Source: Podarcis muralis (taxonomy: Eukaryota). From it: a stretch of DNA of 64,000 nt. The notes under the pieces are model-generated. The model saw nothing but the letters and a program-made list of their open reading frames with translations, was not told the DNA's origin and did not search any database. The stretch lies in NCBI RefSeq assembly GCF_964188315.1, contig NC_135656.1:85312001-85376000 (forward strand), in the 5' to 3' direction. Positions within the stretch are counted from its first letter, which is position 1. Every line of letters begins with the position of its first letter. The translations under genes and the position numbers were made by a program. Shown piece by piece: positions 62,633 through 64,000 of this stretch.

Positions 62633-63860
62633 TCACTACTGCATTGCACTACTCATTTCATTGACTAAGTTATGCATTTTTGTGTTAATAACTGAGGGTG
62701 GGATTCAACTAATGAGTCCTGCTGGTGGAAAGCAGCACAAGGGCACCTGCTAGTGCTATGGTGTTATCTCCTCCTAGTCCCCCCACCCCTGAAACTAGCT
62801 TGGGGGATTCAGGAGAACCTCCAGAACAGTGCATGGGGGAAGGAGAGGGGAGATTGCTCCATGTGGCAAGCTGAAACATTTGCCCTGATGGAATGATCAA
62901 CTTAGGGCTACTCTGAATTCCTCCCCAACTCTTACTTGTGTCTGGGACTAAAACATGGAGGCTGATCTGTAAGTGAGCACAATGAATGTATGTGGAATGT
63001 GTTCGCTTCTTACATGGTGAAAAACTTACAATCCCCATGTTTTTGGGTGCACAAGTGAATTTGTAAACACCTTAACTCTTAAAGCAAAGTATTATTGATC
63101 CTTGTAGGTGTTCACATGTTCTTCATAAATTAATCCCGTTTAAAGCACTACGGGTCCTTCCTCCCTCCCTTCCCAACAGCTCCAGGAACATTTTTAAATC
63201 CCAGGCTCCCAGAGAGGTTTATGGCATGATAACACTCCCATCTTATAGTCATAGTTCAAAGTCTTTATCTTGTTTCAAATCCCACCCCAAATTTATTATA
63301 TTATGACCAGTTTGTAAACCATTACTGTTTGTGCCCATTGTCTTCTTTGTCCTGAAAAGCTGCCTCCGCTACTTTTCCCTTTGATATATTTATAGTGCCT
63401 TCTCATATCCCAGCTCAATCTCCTCCTTTTCACTGTGAAGTGCTTACCTTGCCTCTCAGTCATTGTCCTCACAAGCTGCTACTAATTTTGTTCTTTTGAG
63501 GTGGAATGCCACCATTTTATTTTCCCTGAGAAGTCCCTGAACAAGCTAAAGCATAAAGAATGACCAGAAAACCCTGACCTTCCACCAGCACGTTCCCTTG
63601 GCAACAGCCAATTTGCTATTATGGAACTGAAAGTGGAATTCTGGTCTGTTCATAGAAAATAACAGCTACCTATTCAGACTAGGTCACAAGGAATTCACAT
63701 ATGGATCTATTTCCTCGGAAACAAGAACAAATACAATTCTGTTGGGAACTTGCAGTCTTCCATGACTCCAGGTAATGTGACCTGTGATGGATCCTCCATT
63801 TTTTATTTAGGACTGGGGCAGGATTAAAGCTAGATTGTGATCAGTCTTCAGTGTGGTTGA

Positions 63861-63923
63861 CTATCCTTCTGGACTTTTTGGCACCAAGACAATGTTTTGG
63901 TGCCAAAAAGTCCAGAAGGGTAG
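63861..63923. repeat. Near-perfect 63-bp palindrome (27-bp arms)
   Basis: ctatccttctggactttttggcaccaa / ttggtgccaaaaagtccagaagggtag; one mismatch, which is a G-U pair on the plus strand. Confidence 0.9.
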
Positions 63924-64000
63924 TTCCAAGCAAATTGCCCTGGGAAGGCAATTCCATAACTGGGTGCGGTCACTGGGAGTAGCCATTCTTTCTGCTAAGC

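Overview
This is vertebrate non-coding genomic DNA, almost certainly from a lacertid lizard (Podarcis/Lacerta/Zootoca-like). The call rests on its repeats: Sauria SINEs, Squam3-like SINEs, a BovB fragment, CR1 and L2 tails, TA-targeting Tc1/mariner-type MITEs and 8-bp-TSD hAT MITEs. I cannot identify any intact protein-coding gene. The ORFs with recognisable homology are all retroelement fragments (CR1 ORF2 C-terminus, BovB RT C-terminus, L2 endonuclease), and the long poly-X ORFs come from a 714-N assembly gap (12148-12861). Between the repeats are many repeat-free, CpG-retaining, TAAT-rich blocks that resemble conserved non-coding elements. The window is therefore probably a large intron or gene desert of a developmental or neural gene, which I cannot name. 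The best-supported oddities are several nested transposon insertions with readable target-site duplications, a hAT MITE carrying an exact IgH-type heptamer-octamer motif, a probable LF-SINE head, and two strong hairpins. More speculative are a TATA/Inr promoter candidate near 4.5 kb and three plus-strand exon candidates that join in frame into a short secreted-peptide-like ORF. I found no CRISPR, rRNA or true tRNA gene, and no demonstrably new biological system. Family names were assigned from memory of consensus sequences, not from a database search, and element ends without a stated TSD or TIR are approximate.
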